Assembly: GCF_036321535.1 (NCBI RefSeq)
Contig: NC_087447.1
Span: 48,672,001-48,736,000, forward strand
Length of the DNA stretch: 64,000 nucleotides
Direction of reading: 5' to 3'
Source: Camelus dromedarius
Taxonomy: Eukaryota
A program made the position numbers and the translations under genes. Shown here piece after piece: positions 26,495 to 39,870 of the stretch (the first letter of the stretch is position 1; the number at the start of each line of letters is the position of its first letter). The notes under the pieces were generated by a model, which worked only from the letters and a program-made list of their open reading frames with translations, was not told the origin of the DNA and made no database searches.

Positions 26495-26770
26495 TAATAC
26501 AGTAAAGGCCACGTTCTCTCTGAAGGCTCTAGAGGAGAATCCTTTCTTGCCTCTTTCAGCTTCTGTGGCTCTAAGCATTCCTTAGCTTGTGGCTGCATTA
26601 CTCCAGCCTCTGCCCCTGTCTTCACATGGCCTTCTCCTCATCCACCTCAGGAACAGCCAGATGGAAGAGATGCATTGGCCAAATTATGGGGAAATGGGGT
26701 GGTGTGGAGCTTCTGTTCCCTCTCAGGGTGTGCCACCATCCTAGTATTTGGATGTGTTCACCAACGCCTT
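26495..26770. mobile_element. MLT1 (MaLR) fragment fused to a MER21-like LTR fragment
   Basis: aggctctagaggagaatcc...ttcacatggccttct followed by ggaacagccagatggaagagatgcat. Confidence 0.6.
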
Positions 26771-28224
26771 TGGGGTTTCAATTTCAGTTACTGTATTTTT
26801 TATTTCTAGAGTTCTTTTAGATTCTTTTGCAAATTTGTTATAGTACTTTTTATGGTGTCCCATTCTCTATAGAGATCTTCAAACTTGCCTACTCTTTCTT
26901 TATCTGTAGTCAGCATAGTTGTTCAGTATCTGAAATCTTTGTGGGTGTGTTTCTCTTGTATATTGTTTTTGCTAGTTCTTGCTCATAGAGTCTAGTTTCT
27001 TTGTGAGCCTTGTGTCTGTGTGCATGTTGGACGTTATATTTGACCAATTATTTGTGGGAATAAATTTAGACTTGCAAGGAAAGTGCTTTTCTTTAGAGAG
27101 GATTTGCATTTGCTTCTGCCAAGTTCCTTGGAGTTCAACTACTTTAAGACTTGTAATTCTCTGACTCTCTTATGACCCTACATAGGGTGTAATTCTGTGC
27201 AAGGTATTTCTCTCCTAATTTACCCTCAATCTGAGTGTTAGGTCCCAGCATATCATGAGAAGTTTCTCTTACTAGATTCTCAATCTTTTGCAGACCCTGG
27301 GCCTTGTTTTGTATCTTTCTTGCCCACAAGGGTTTTAAAATTAAGGTTCAAAAATTTCAGGATTGGCAAATTCTTTCAGGGCAAAAGCCACATTTGTTTC
27401 CACAGTTACCTCTCTGGGATGACCTTTTCCATTCACTTCTGGCCTGGTAATTTCTTGTTGGCTTGTCACCTTTTCTCCGTAATTTAAAAGGTGAAAAAAA
27501 ATTAATTGAGCTCTGTCATTTAGTCAAAGCAAAAAGGTTAATACCAAAACCTAGTCTGCCATTTTAAGAAATACTGTATTATTTTGATAATCATCTTTTG
27601 GCTGTAAAATGTTACATCAAGTTAATCTACAATGTTATTTTTTTAATGAATCTCATTTTGTAGGATTCTTAGCTTGTTTCCATTTTTTCTACAGTAAATA
27701 ACAATAACAATGAACGTTTTCGTACACAAAGCTGTTTTTGCCTTCTGCATTATACCATACATCTAGTTTCTTGGGAGTACAATTACTGGACAATATACTA
27801 TAAATGTAGGACATTTGATTTCCAAAGGGTTGATCTAATCTCTTATGAGTTGAATTGTATGATCTTAATCTTTTTATTTTTAGTTCTGTCATGGTAATAT
27901 TAATATCATTTAAAACCAAGTCTGATCAACTAATCCTGGTCACCTGTGTACACAGTTCTCAAGCAAAAGATGACCTTTATGAATTTCTTTAAAAATTAAC
28001 TTTTTAATAAAAATTATTTAAGTTCAACCTAATGCAGCAAATACTTGCATGTCTATCATGTGAAGGCACCCTTCTAGGTGGTGCAGATTCAGTGGTAAAC
28101 CAGATAAATCCTAGTCCATGCCCTTATGAAAACTAAGATGAGGAGCACAAATAACACATCATTGAAATGCACTGTGGTAAGTGCCTTGATGACGGTAGTC
28201 CACAATACTATGGGAGCACAGAAG

Positions 28225-30200
28225 CAAGGAACGTTACCAGAGATGAAGAAGGGCATTACATAATGACAAAGGAGTCAATTCTCCAGGAAGACATAAAAAT
28301 CCTTAATGTGTATATGCCTAACAACAGACCATCAAAATATCTGAGGCAAAAACGGATAGATCTGAAAGGAAAAATAAATTAATCTGCTATTATAGTTGGA
28401 GATTTCAAAATCTCTTTATCAGAAATGGACATATCCAGCAGGCAAAAAATCAGTAATGATATAGTTGAACTCAACATCACCATCAATCTGCTGAATATAA
28501 TGGCCATCCATAAGTATACAGAGTACTCATCTGACAGCAGCAGAATACATATTCTTCTCAAGCTCATACGGAGTGTTGACCAAGACAGACCACATTCTGG
28601 GCCATAAAACACACCTTAACACATTTAAATGAATGTCTGCTCTCAGGCCACAATGGAATTAAACTAAATTAAATTAAGTCAAATCAATAACAAAAAGATA
28701 CTTGGAAAAAAATCCCCAAATATTTAGAGATTAAACAACATACTTCTAAATAACATATGGATCAAAGAGGAAATCTCAATAGAAATTTTAAAATATTTAG
28801 AACTAAAAGAAAATGAAAACATAATTTATCAAAAGTTGGGGGATACAGTGAAAGCAGTTAGAAATTTATAGCCTTGAATGCATATGTTAGAAAAGGAGAA
28901 ATATCTAAAAATCAGTCATCCAAACTTCCATCCTAGGAAACTAGAAAAAGAAGAGCAAGTTAAATCCAAATTAAGCAGAATAAAAGAAACAGAGCAGGAA
29001 TCAATGAAATTGAAAACAGGAAATAAATGGAGAAAATGAACAAATACAAAAGCTGATTCTTTGAAAAGATGAATAAAATCAATAAGCCACTAGCTAGGAT
29101 AACTAAGAAAAAAAGAGAAAGGACACTAATTACTAATGTCATAAATGAAAAAGAGGCTATCACTATAGATTCCACAGACATTAAAAGAATAATAAGGAAT
29201 ACTATGAACAACTCTGTGCCCACAAATCTGATAACCTAGATGAAATGGACCAGTCAAATCCAGCAATCATGCTCCTTGGTATTTACCCAAAGGAGGCTGA
29301 AAACTAATGCCCACACAAAAACCTACACTTGGATGTTTATAGCAGCTTTGCTCATAATTGCCAAACCTGGAAGCAACCAAGATATCCTTCAGCAGATGAA
29401 TGAATAAATACACTGTGGTGTGTCCAGGCAGTGATGAACAGTTGTCCTACAGTGTCTTCAGAGGATTGGTTCCAGAACCCATCACAGATACCAAAATCCA
29501 TAGACACTCAAGTCCCATAATCAGCCTTCTGTAACCACATTTCCACGTCCCAGGTTCAAACAGCCGGGGATCATGTAGTACTGTATGTGTTCACTGAAAA
29601 AAATTTGTGTATAAGTGGACCGTCACAGTTCAAATCTGTGTTGTTGAAGGGTCAACTGTATTATTCAGTGCTAAAAAATAAGCTATCAAGCCATGAAAAG
29701 ACATGGAGGAAATGTAAGTGCATATTACTAAGTGAAGGAAGCAAATCTGTAAAGGCTAATACTGTATGATTCCAGCTATATGACATTCTGGAAAAGGCAA
29801 AACTATAGTTAAAAAAAAAAAAAAGATAGTTAAAAAAAAAAAAAGACCATCGTTTGCTAAGATTTAATGGAGAGAGAGTAATGAGAGCACAAAGGATTTA
29901 TAGGGCAGTGAAACTTCCATATGATACTGTCATGATGGGTACATGTCATTATACATTTGTCCAAACTCATAGAATACAACACCAAGAGTGAAACGTGGTG
30001 TAAAGCATGAACTTTGGGTGATTGAGATGTGTCAATGTAAGTTCATCAGTTGCAATAAATTACTACTCTTGGAGGGGATGTTAATAATGGGAGAGGCTGT
30101 GCATATGTGGAGGCAGGGGGTACTTGGGAAATCTCTGTATCTTCCACTTAATTTTTCTGTGAACCTAAAATTGCTCTTAAAAAAAGAGACTATTTTTAAA
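28225..30200 (+). mobile_element. L1MC-like element (endonuclease-region ORF2 joined to 3'UTR, internal deletion near 29250)
   Basis: ORF 28167 translation 'DEEGHYIMTKESILQEDIKILNVYMPN' is L1 ORF2 endonuclease; L1MC-type 3' end with A-tail. Confidence 0.9.
29439..29658. mobile_element. MER8-like Tigger MITE nested in L1
   Basis: TIRs cagttgtcc ... gggtcaactg, followed by TA. Confidence 0.8.
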
Positions 30201-30864
30201 AGATGACTAAACCACATTATCATTGTATCTCAATTCTAGACAAGAAGAGTGAAGGGTGAAGGGCGAAAGGTGTATGTCAGCCAAGTTTGCCCACCCATCC
30301 TTTTTTACTACAAGAAAAGCAATTGCTTTCCCAAGAGTCCCTCCAGATAGACTCTCCCTTACATCTCACTGGCTAGAAGTATGTCATATGGCCACTCCTG
30401 GGAAATAAAATTTCTAATGGTAAGGAAAAAAGAAGAATGAATATTCGGAAGGTGCTTAGCAGTGCTGCCACAGTGGCAAATGTTGGGAAAGATGTCTGGC
30501 TCAAGATCTGGATAATCCATAAACTATATAATGTATAATTAAGAGTTTATCATCCTAACCACTTTAGAAGCTAAAACAGGTATCCTATAAAGTTGATGAG
30601 CATGTCAGCATCATTTATACAACATCTAGATCAATGCTTAACATGGTTCTGTGGCAAACACAGCAGCAGATTTCAGAGTCTAGCAGTGGGGAGCCCTGGT
30701 CAGTCACCTTCCCTATAGTTGGAAGTCTGGAGGTGCATTCTCTAGGCTGCCATAGTATTCAAAATGTCACATTCTACTACTTTTCTTCCTACAATTTACG
30801 GCATTCTTTGTTATCTTTATTGCTGATTTTTCTTCTATCAGCCCATTTTTTATTTTATTAGATT

Positions 30865-31190
30865 TTATTTTTTAATAGACTTTATTCTTTTAGAGCAGTT
30901 TCAGGTTCACAACAGAATAGAGCAGAAAAAACAAGAGTTCCCACATAGCACTCCCCACCCACACATACATACTCCCCTACACTCAACATCCCTCATCAGT
31001 GTGGCATATTTGGTACAATCGATGAACCAACATGGGTACATTATTATCAACCAAAGTCCATAGTTTACATTAGAGTTTACTCTAGATGTTGTACATTCTA
31101 TGGGTTTTGACAAATGCATAATGACATGTAGCCACTATAGTATCATACAGAATAATTTCATTGCCCTAAAAATCCCTTGTGCTCTATCAG
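30865..31190 (-). mobile_element. L1MC-like 3' end
   Basis: Antisense agactttattctttagagcagtttcaggttcaca... Confidence 0.8.
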
Positions 31191-31829
31191 CTCATTATTT
31201 AAATGTGTGTTCTTTGGGGTTCTTTTTGAAGCCCTTTTCTTAATTTTCACATTTATCCTGGATGATTTTTTGTGTGTTCCTGTGGCGTCAGTCATGAATT
31301 AATTGATGATGTTTCTCAAACTAATGATGCCAGTCTTTGTTTCTCTTCTGACCTCTCAACCCTATCAAGTATTCCCACTTGGCTATCTCATAGACAAGTA
31401 TTAAGTATACTGATTCCATTATTTTAATACTATTTAACACTACTATTTTAACCATGAGGACATTTTCAGAATAAAGAATTTTATCAGAATTAAGTCAAAA
31501 TTGATGAATTTTCATTAAGAAAATATTTTATGGAGTATATTCTATCAAATTGATTTATGCCATGTTAATTTTATGTTTTATACTATTTATTTCCAGTTTT
31601 TCTCTCTTATTTTTATTTTTCCTGAAATTATTTTTAAATAAATTCTTCTCTCTTTACATTTTACAACAAAGATTTGATTCGTTGATCTGTTTTCATCCAT
31701 ATCAAATGTTTCCATAACTTCTGCCTTTGTGCATTTTCTTTTGTGGCTGTCGTTTTTACAAAATCTATTTTTTCTAGTGTAGATATTTTTAGTGTATTTT
31801 TTGAGAAGCAAATAAATTACAAGAGAAAA

Positions 31830-32292
31830 ATGGAGCAAGGGAAAACTATAGGTTAAAAGAGACTTAAGAAACATGTCAATCAAATATATTCTATGCACCT
31901 TGTTTGACCCTGATTTGAACAAATCGGCCATCAAAATTATAAAATAACTTGGGAAATTTGATATGGACAGAATTTTTAATGATAGTAATGAATTATTATT
32001 CATTTTAGGTATTATAATGCTATTTTATAAGTATACAAATATTTTATATATTTACAAGTTCTTATATCTTAGTGATACTTGCTAATCTTAGAGGTATTTC
32101 CTAATGAAATAATATGAGGTCTCCAGATTTGCTTCAAAATATTCTAGAGGTGGGGAAAGTGGGTGGGAGTATAGATGAAAAAGAACTGACCTTGAGTTGA
32201 TAATTGTTGAAGCTAAATGATAGATACATAGGACTTCATTATACTAGTTTCTATTCTTTTGAATATCTTGAATTTTTCCACAATAAAAAAAA
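31830..32292 (+). mobile_element. L1ME/MC 3' end
   Basis: agagacttaagaaacatgtcaatc...gataattgttgaagct...ttccacaataaaaaa. Confidence 0.7.
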
Positions 32293-32484
32293 TGAGATGA
32301 GTAAATTCTTTGAAGATTTGATTCTCTAAAAACAACAAATTTTACTGTGTGCAATTTTAGCTATTGTCAGCTTTATTCTGGTATTAATTATTTCTATCAG
32401 TAATGGTCATTACAAATTGGACAGAATTTAATAACCTGTGTTCATTTCTCTGCTATCCAAGCTTAGCAGCTTGTGAGAAATTCT

Positions 32485-32830
32485 GTTAGACTCTTCAGCT
32501 GCAAATAACAATAACTTTAACTCAACCGGTTATGAGCTTAGGGGAACATACTATTTCCCATAACTGGAAGTTCTGCATTGAGACCATGCCGAGTTAGTTC
32601 ATTCAATGGCTCAGAACTCTGCCATCCTCAGCGTGTCACCCCTGTGCTCATAGTTGTAAGGGACTACCTCATTTCCAGTTATCACATCTGGATCCAATAA
32701 TGTCTATGGGCAGAAAAGGACTGTGTATCTCTTTTTATTAGACTGAGAAACCTTTTCCAGATGTCCTTGGCAGCTTTCTGCTCATATCTAATTGCCCAAA
32801 TTAGATACATGTTTAATCAGTCCCAGAATG
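32485..32830. mobile_element. Old MLT1 (MaLR) LTR
   Basis: tgttagactcttcagctgcaaataac... MaLR-like start; a related copy lies at ~39060-39480. Confidence 0.5.
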
Positions 32831-35809
32831 AGACCACATGAGTGCTTTAGATCAGCCATTATTCCGTCCTAGGTTGGAGGGAGGTAGACAGCCTTGGGCA
32901 GGAAGATGGAGTCTACTCCAAGGTGGACTGCCAGCATGAGAAAAGGAAGAAGTGGCATGTGGAAAAGGTCTAACAATTTCTGCTAAAGACAGGGAGAGAC
33001 AGGAAAAGTAACAACAAGGAAAGAGAGAGAGAGAGACACCAAAAGACAGAGAGGCCAACTATCCTAACCTCTTGAATGTACTGTGGTATCAAAATTTCCT
33101 GGGGAGGGCATCAAAACATACATCTTCCACAGGGACCTCAAGAGAGAGACGAGTTAATGTAGAGATTAGTAGGTGTTCAATTCTAATTTTTTAGCGTATG
33201 GACTTTTACACTAGAGGAAATAGTAATTGATCTCATGAAATACTTTTTCAAATATTTGGCATAAGTTCTGTCCCAAGAGCAGTACATTCTCCCTATGATA
33301 TGTGCTCATGGAACACTGGGAGAAATTGTTTCTGTGTTTGATCTTTATCAAAGCAAAATAAGCCAGGATGGAGTGCTGTGGGCTACCTGCTTTTATGTAA
33401 AGCATTCTTTATCATCAAGAAATGGGATATTATTTGTCTGGAGTGGAATTTCATTTAGTTCTTTTGTGAGTCACTTTTGAAGTTTTTTCATGAGATCTTT
33501 AAAAACCTGAGGCAATTAAAGCAAGTTTCCTTAAAGGTTGGTAACAAGCCTCTTTAAAACAGGATGAGCCTGTCCCCGTCTCTCTTTCTTTAACTAATCA
33601 AGTTAAACAGTTAAAACTAACCACACAGACTGTAGTTTATTTGTTACGTGCATTTGAGATGAAAAGAAATGAAGTGGTGTCAGCAAGTCACCTGAGGATA
33701 GCTCAAAATTGGTATCTAGCCTTGCTATGTGATTCTTTCTTTGCACCTGTCTTTTGGTTACCATGACAACTGGACAGCTCAAGGGGAAGAAAGATTGTTT
33801 TGACTGCTGGACTAAGAGTAGGAGGAGGAGTTGGAACAGGTGTAGAAACATGGATTTAGATCAGGGAACAATGAGAGCTGGGAGCTATGTGGATGTAACT
33901 CTGCTGAGCATTTCATGTTATTTTGTAGGGAAGACAAGCACAATGCTGAGTAATATTACAATGCAGAGTACAAAAGAAAGACTTGGATTGCCCAGAGGCC
34001 AGTGGGGCAGAAATGTTTTGTGTAGCCAGAGTGTCACCTGCTCTTCCCCACCATAGATTTTATACTCTAATCCACCCGAGAGTATGAGTGCCTGATCCAC
34101 CTAGTCCATCAGCCAGGCAAGTAACAACAATGAAAATGTATCTATTTAATAGCTAAATAAAAATCCCTCTCCCCAGCCCCATTCCCTATTATCAGGGTAG
34201 CAGAACACAACCAGCTTGCTGCTATCTTGCTAAGGTGCTCTCAGGGGAAGGGACTTGATGGCACAGTAGTAGCAGCTGACCTCGACAGGTCTTCTCCACA
34301 GTGCAGAAACTAGCAAGTACCCAACTCATGGAGCAGGCAAGGTGTGTTGGGGAACATTGTCTCCTACAGTGACCCTGGGGATGGGTACTGGCAAGCTGAG
34401 ACTAACTTAGAAGAGGGCTGTTTCCTCAAGTTGGACATGGCCTTGTTTGGGCCTGGCTTGATTTGGTACACGTTGGTAAAGGCTGGTCCTCACACGGGCT
34501 GCCATTCTTGACAATTCACTCTGTTCACTTCTGCCCTGGGCACAGCCACCTCTTGAACTTCAGCTGTCACCGGGAAAGTTTCAGAATTGATTCTGGTTTC
34601 TACCCATCATGGATACAGAACCTTATTTTTATTTAAAAACCTTTTATATTTAAAATACATATTTTTACTTACTACTTTTTATTTGTTGTAATACTGATTC
34701 CAAGTAGAGGTAGAGCAATACTTGTTCCCCAAGATAAGAACTGAAAAATTTTGCTGCTTAAAATTGATGATGAGTCATTTGACCCTCAGAAACTATTAGC
34801 TAATGAATCACTGACGAGTTATGTCACGTCTTTATTCTAAATCTGCTTTTTGTGTTACTTCCTCTATTTCCCTGACCTGTTGGTGAAGAAGGAGTTTGGT
34901 GGTGTGTAATCTTGGAAAAGTGCATCCATTAAGGCTCCCAGCACCATGTCATTTGAGCATTACAGTCTTGGCTTTTTGTTATGTTTCTTTTCCATTTATT
35001 CTCAGGTTTTTACTCCTGTACTGCATGCTTGAATTACAAATATACACAAAAGAAGTGGCTTTTATGACATGCTAAGGCAAAGATGTTGTGTTCCAGCTTT
35101 ATAATAATAGCACTTGGGAAAATATTTCAAAAAGACTGAATTGGTTCTACTTCAAAAGAGTTTTTAGTTAATTAAAGTTAGGGTGGTGAAAAGCTTAAAA
35201 AGTAACTCTTTGACATGATAGTATTTTTATTTAGCCATTAATTAAATGTATTTTTATTGTGTTTATAGACTTACCTATTAATACTTTTATTTTCAAATAG
35301 TCAAAAATGCATGATCATGTTGGACTGCCTTTACTGTATTTATTTCTTTTAGCTACACTATAGCTTGCTAAAAGTGGTGTCATATTTGCTGACATAGTAC
35401 TGATGATTCACATTTATTGCACAGTTAATATGAGGTATATTTTGCATCTTAGAGCAGCAACCTGGTCATCTGTTCTCCTGCCCCCTCCCTGCAAGCCACC
35501 TGCTCTCTCATAACAGCTCTACTGCTTACATGTTCCACATGCTGCCTTTGACAAAAATTCATTTATTCATTTACCCAACATCTGATATATCCATGGCAAA
35601 ATTGTACCCATTGCAGGAAATGTAAAAAATAACACTGCCTTATATACTGTTTTATAATTTTAAAAAATATTGCTTACAATATGGGGTAGGTGGAAAGTGG
35701 TCAGGGAGACGGTAGGTTTCATTAGAAATGAACCATGAAATGGATGGGTAGGGTATTGCCAGACAGTTGAGAAAGAAGAGATTCATATGTGGAGATGTAA
35801 AGTAGGTGA

Positions 35810-36015
35810 AGTTTATCTCTGTGTCTCCTGTCTTGCTCCTCTCTTCACGCAGAGCTTGCTCCCAGCTTGCCTCCCCAATCCTTCCCAGAATGAATGTGAG
35901 CTTCCCAAGGGCAGAGGTTTGTATTTTATTCACTGCTGCATATTCTGCACAAAAAATGCCTGGCACATATAGATGCTAATTATTGTGAGCTGTTGAATGA
36001 ATAAACTTATGAATG
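35810..36015 (+). mobile_element. L2 3' end
   Basis: aatgtgagcttcccaagggcag...tgcctggcacata...gttgaatgaat. Confidence 0.75.
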
Positions 36016-36229
36016 AAATGATAATTACCTGTAAGGTGTAGGGTTTCTGGCCTTTGAAGATGTCAATTAGTTCATTTTTCTCTCCTTTAACCTTGATCAG
36101 TACAATTTATTATCAAACTTCTAAAAAGTCTTTTATTTTAATTACATCTTTAAAATTATGAGCGAGATTGCACATCATAGTGTATATTTTGCAGCCAGTT
36201 TAGCTTGCTATTGTTATTAACCTCTGTGT

Positions 36230-37140
36230 CTTTTCCCATTGGTTGTCTTTTATTGTAAGAGCTCTTTATATATCAAGAAAATCAATTTTCTGTTTGTCAT
36301 ATGTCTTGCAAACATTTTTCCAGCGTGCCATTTATCTTTTGACTTCGTTTATTGTATTATTTACTGTGTGTTATTTTTAATTTTTATGTAATTAATCAAT
36401 ATTTTATATTTTTGGAGTTTCTCCTTGATTATTTAAGAAAAATTATCTCACGCTTTCTCCTAGCACTTTAATTATTTTGCTTTTTAAGTAAAACATATAT
36501 ATCTTTGCTCTATTTAAGAAAATTTTTATTAAATAATCCATCTTTTTTGTCACTGATTTAAAATGTCATCTTATTAGATACTTAATTTTCATATGTATTT
36601 GGATCTGTAACTGGTCTCTCTTTTCCATTCCACTGATCTTTTTTTTCCATTCATGTGTCTGTACCAACATTTTCAGAATACTGTATCTTAACAATATGCT
36701 GTTTGTGTGTATGTAGTTCTGTGCAGTTTTATTCTATATATATATTTGTGTAACCACCACCACATTCAAGATACAGAACTGTTCTATCACTACACAGGAA
36801 CTCCCTAGTGCTACCCATTTATATTTCTACCCTTGCCCTGTCATGCTCCTGGCAACCATGAATTTGTTCTCCATATCTATAGTTTTGTCATTTTGAGAAT
36901 GTTATTAAATGGAGTTATGCAGTAAATAGCCTTTTGAAGTGAGCTTTCATCACCAAGCATATCCATTCAGGTTATTGTGTTTATCATTAGTTTCCCCCTT
37001 TTCATAGCTGAGTAGTATTCCACTGCATGGATGTACCAGGTTTTATTTAACCATTCACCACTTCAGTTGGTGTTATTTGGGTTGGATGTTTGGTTTATTT
37101 TCAGGTTTTCTTTATTACAAATAAAGCTGTTATGAACATT
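36230..37140 (-). mobile_element. Old L1 fragments
   Basis: Antisense L1 3' motifs (gtaaccaccaccacattcaagatacagaac, gctgagtagtattccactgcatgg). Confidence 0.7.
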
Positions 37141-37999
37141 ATTCTTGGTGGAGAGCGAGCAGGACTAAATATGATCCCCCCCAGTTTATGATACAGTGTC
37201 ATTGTTGGTCCACTGCAGAGCCCTCTCATTCATTTACTTATTTTCATTTATTTATCTGAACTAATGAAAGGAACATCCATGAACCTACCACCTAAGCTAA
37301 CACCAGATAACTTACATCTTCCTATGTTTTCCACCCATATCCCAACCCCTTGCTTCCCTCTCAGACACCCACCCTCTTGAATTTTGTTTTAATCATTATT
37401 TTAGGGGAGGGGGTGTCTTATCACATACATTGTTTGTTTTACTTATTTTTTATTCTTATAAAAAGAGTTTAATAATCTATGTTATCTTCTAGGATTTTCT
37501 GTGTTACTGAAATTTGGTTGTCACTTTATTTTCTTTCCTGATTAATACTCCAGTGTGAGAACATAACAAGAAAATTTAGGTTGTTTTCAGTTTTGCTGTT
37601 ATGAGCAGAGGTTCTACTTCTAACCATTAAACTATAATTTAATAATAATAATAACAATACATTGTTTTAACAGTAATAAAAATAGTGCTCTAATCTAGTA
37701 ATAATAATATAATAATGTGATTGCTCATCATAGCACTACTATATTGATCTGAGATGCTTTATGATATCCCTAACCTTGTATTTAACTTCACAATTTAAAA
37801 AGGTCAGTGGAAAACCAAGTAAGATCTAAATATCCTGCCCACTCATAGTAATATTTGTGTTTTATAATAAACCTCTCCCCAGTATACTATTCCAAGATCA
37901 ACTTTATAGAGTATTTGTTGGGAGTTAGGAATTATTTATATGTTGACATTCAGATGATGTGAAAAAGAAATGCTGTCATTCTGCAGAGACTGCTAACCT

Positions 38000-38455
38000 T
38001 AGTGTACTGGATGTCTTCCATATGTCCCTCTAAATATACCCTCCACCCTTCTGTAGCCCACTCTGCCTCCAGGGTGGACCTGTATGGAGTACATTCACAG
38101 GCTTCCTTCTCTTCCCTGTTTTCAGATTGGTTGGCTGGTGGAGAACACCAGTAGGTAACTAGGGGAAGAAGGAGACTGAGGCTGGAACACAATCTGACTT
38201 ATCCCTTGGCACAACTCCTGTCAGGTGACCCTCTTCACCCAGCTTTTTGGTCTCTGATCCCAGTAACTGCACTTCCCTCATCCCTTCAGTCTTTGGAGAG
38301 GTAACATTTTCCTACCAGGCTGTTTCTAGCCCTGGGTCACTACATTGTCCTTTGTGGTATTTCTACCCATATCTCTATACATGATCTCTTTGTACTTGCT
38401 CAGATTACTCAATCTGAAAGGCCTCTCTTTCCTGTCAGCACTCTCTTTGATACCC
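38000..38455. mobile_element. ERVL-type LTR (LTR33-like)
   Basis: Recognised LTR33-like motifs; degenerate. Confidence 0.45.
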
Positions 38456-38550
38456 TGAGGTGGCAGGTGATCATTTACTTGCTACATAGTAGAAAAGGCA
38501 TGTCTGCAGAAGAAGAGAATGAGAGTACAAGATGAAGAGGAAAAGTCTTG

Positions 38551-38883
38551 CATTAATGAACTCATCTGCAAAACAGAAACACTCAGAGACACAGTAAACA
38601 ATCTTATGGTTACGGGGGGAGGGGGGAAGGGGTGGGAAGGGATAAATCTGGGAGTTTGATATTTGCAAATATTAACTACTATATATAAAAATAGATTAAA
38701 AAACAAATTTCTTCTGTATAGCACAGGGAACTATATTCAATATTTTGTAATAACATTTAATGAAAAAGAATATGAAAACAAATATATGTATGTATATGTC
38801 TGATTGGGACATTATGCTGTACACCAGAAATTGACACATTATAACTGACTATACTTCAATTTAAAAAAAATAAAAAGTAAAAA
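38551..38883 (+). mobile_element. L1 3' end (camelid/artiodactyl type) with TSD
   Basis: tgtatagcacagggaactatattcaa...tgctgtacaccagaaattgacac plus A-tail; flanks AAGAGGAAAAGTCTTG / AAGAGGGAAAGTCCTG. Confidence 0.85.
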
Positions 38884-39679
38884 AAGAGGGAAAGTCCTGA
38901 TGCTGCAGAGATCTGAATTCTAGTCCTTGAAGCCCTTGTTTCTACAGATCTTTCTTCCATTCCTTCAGTTACCTTAGTAGGCTCCATGGCAAACAGGCAA
39001 ATAACAGGAAGCTCATAATTGTCTATACCAATTTGAGTTTTCTGTTACTTGCCTTGAAGTGTACTAAGATAGCTCATGGCTTATGAAACTGCAAAGTCCA
39101 GAGATATGTTGGACTTCAGAATTAGTTGATCTTGTAGTTTAGCAATGTTACCAAAGATTCTGTTTGCCATCCACATTGTCATCTTTGTTCTAAGGCTGGT
39201 TTTCTACATAGTTGTAAAAAGGAAGTTGTATCCATTCCTCTCATGTCTGGTGGAAGACAGTTCCTTCCAGATACTTTTTTATTAAATTCAGGAAATTCTT
39301 TCCCTGAAACTCTTAGCAGACCTCTCCTTGCTTCTCACTGGTTCATATATTGTCACATGCCCATCCTTGAACCAATAACTGTGGCCAGGAGGTAGGATTA
39401 TGCTGACTAGTTTAAACTTGAGCATAAACGCTACTCCTTGAATCAGGGGTGGATCAGTTTTCCCCAAAACATATGGGCTTCACTGGAGGGATGGAAAGAG
39501 AATGAACAACAAATAGGGGAGATACCAAGAGAAAAGGAAACAGATATTGAGGAGATAACCACAATATTTTCTATACCTCGCCAGCTATCTAAGCCAAAAG
39601 GTTATTTCCTGCTTAAATTAATTTTTTAACTTTCTTTCTTGTCTTAAAAAAGCCCTAATTAATTCAATGAGGAATACGT

Positions 39680-39870
39680 TGGTACTAGTCTTAGCTCTGT
39701 CATTTTCTAGTTGTGTGACTTTGGGCATGTCGTGTAAGCCATCTAAGCCTTAGCTTCTGCATCTGTAAAATTAAGATGATTAACATCTGCCTGACAAGGT
39801 TGCCAGGAGCTCAAGTGAGATGAGAGATATGAAAGCACTTTGTAGTCTACAAAGGACTAAACAAACGTGA
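39680..39870 (+). mobile_element. MIR SINE
   Basis: tgtgtgactttgggca...catctgtaaaat core. Confidence 0.7.
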
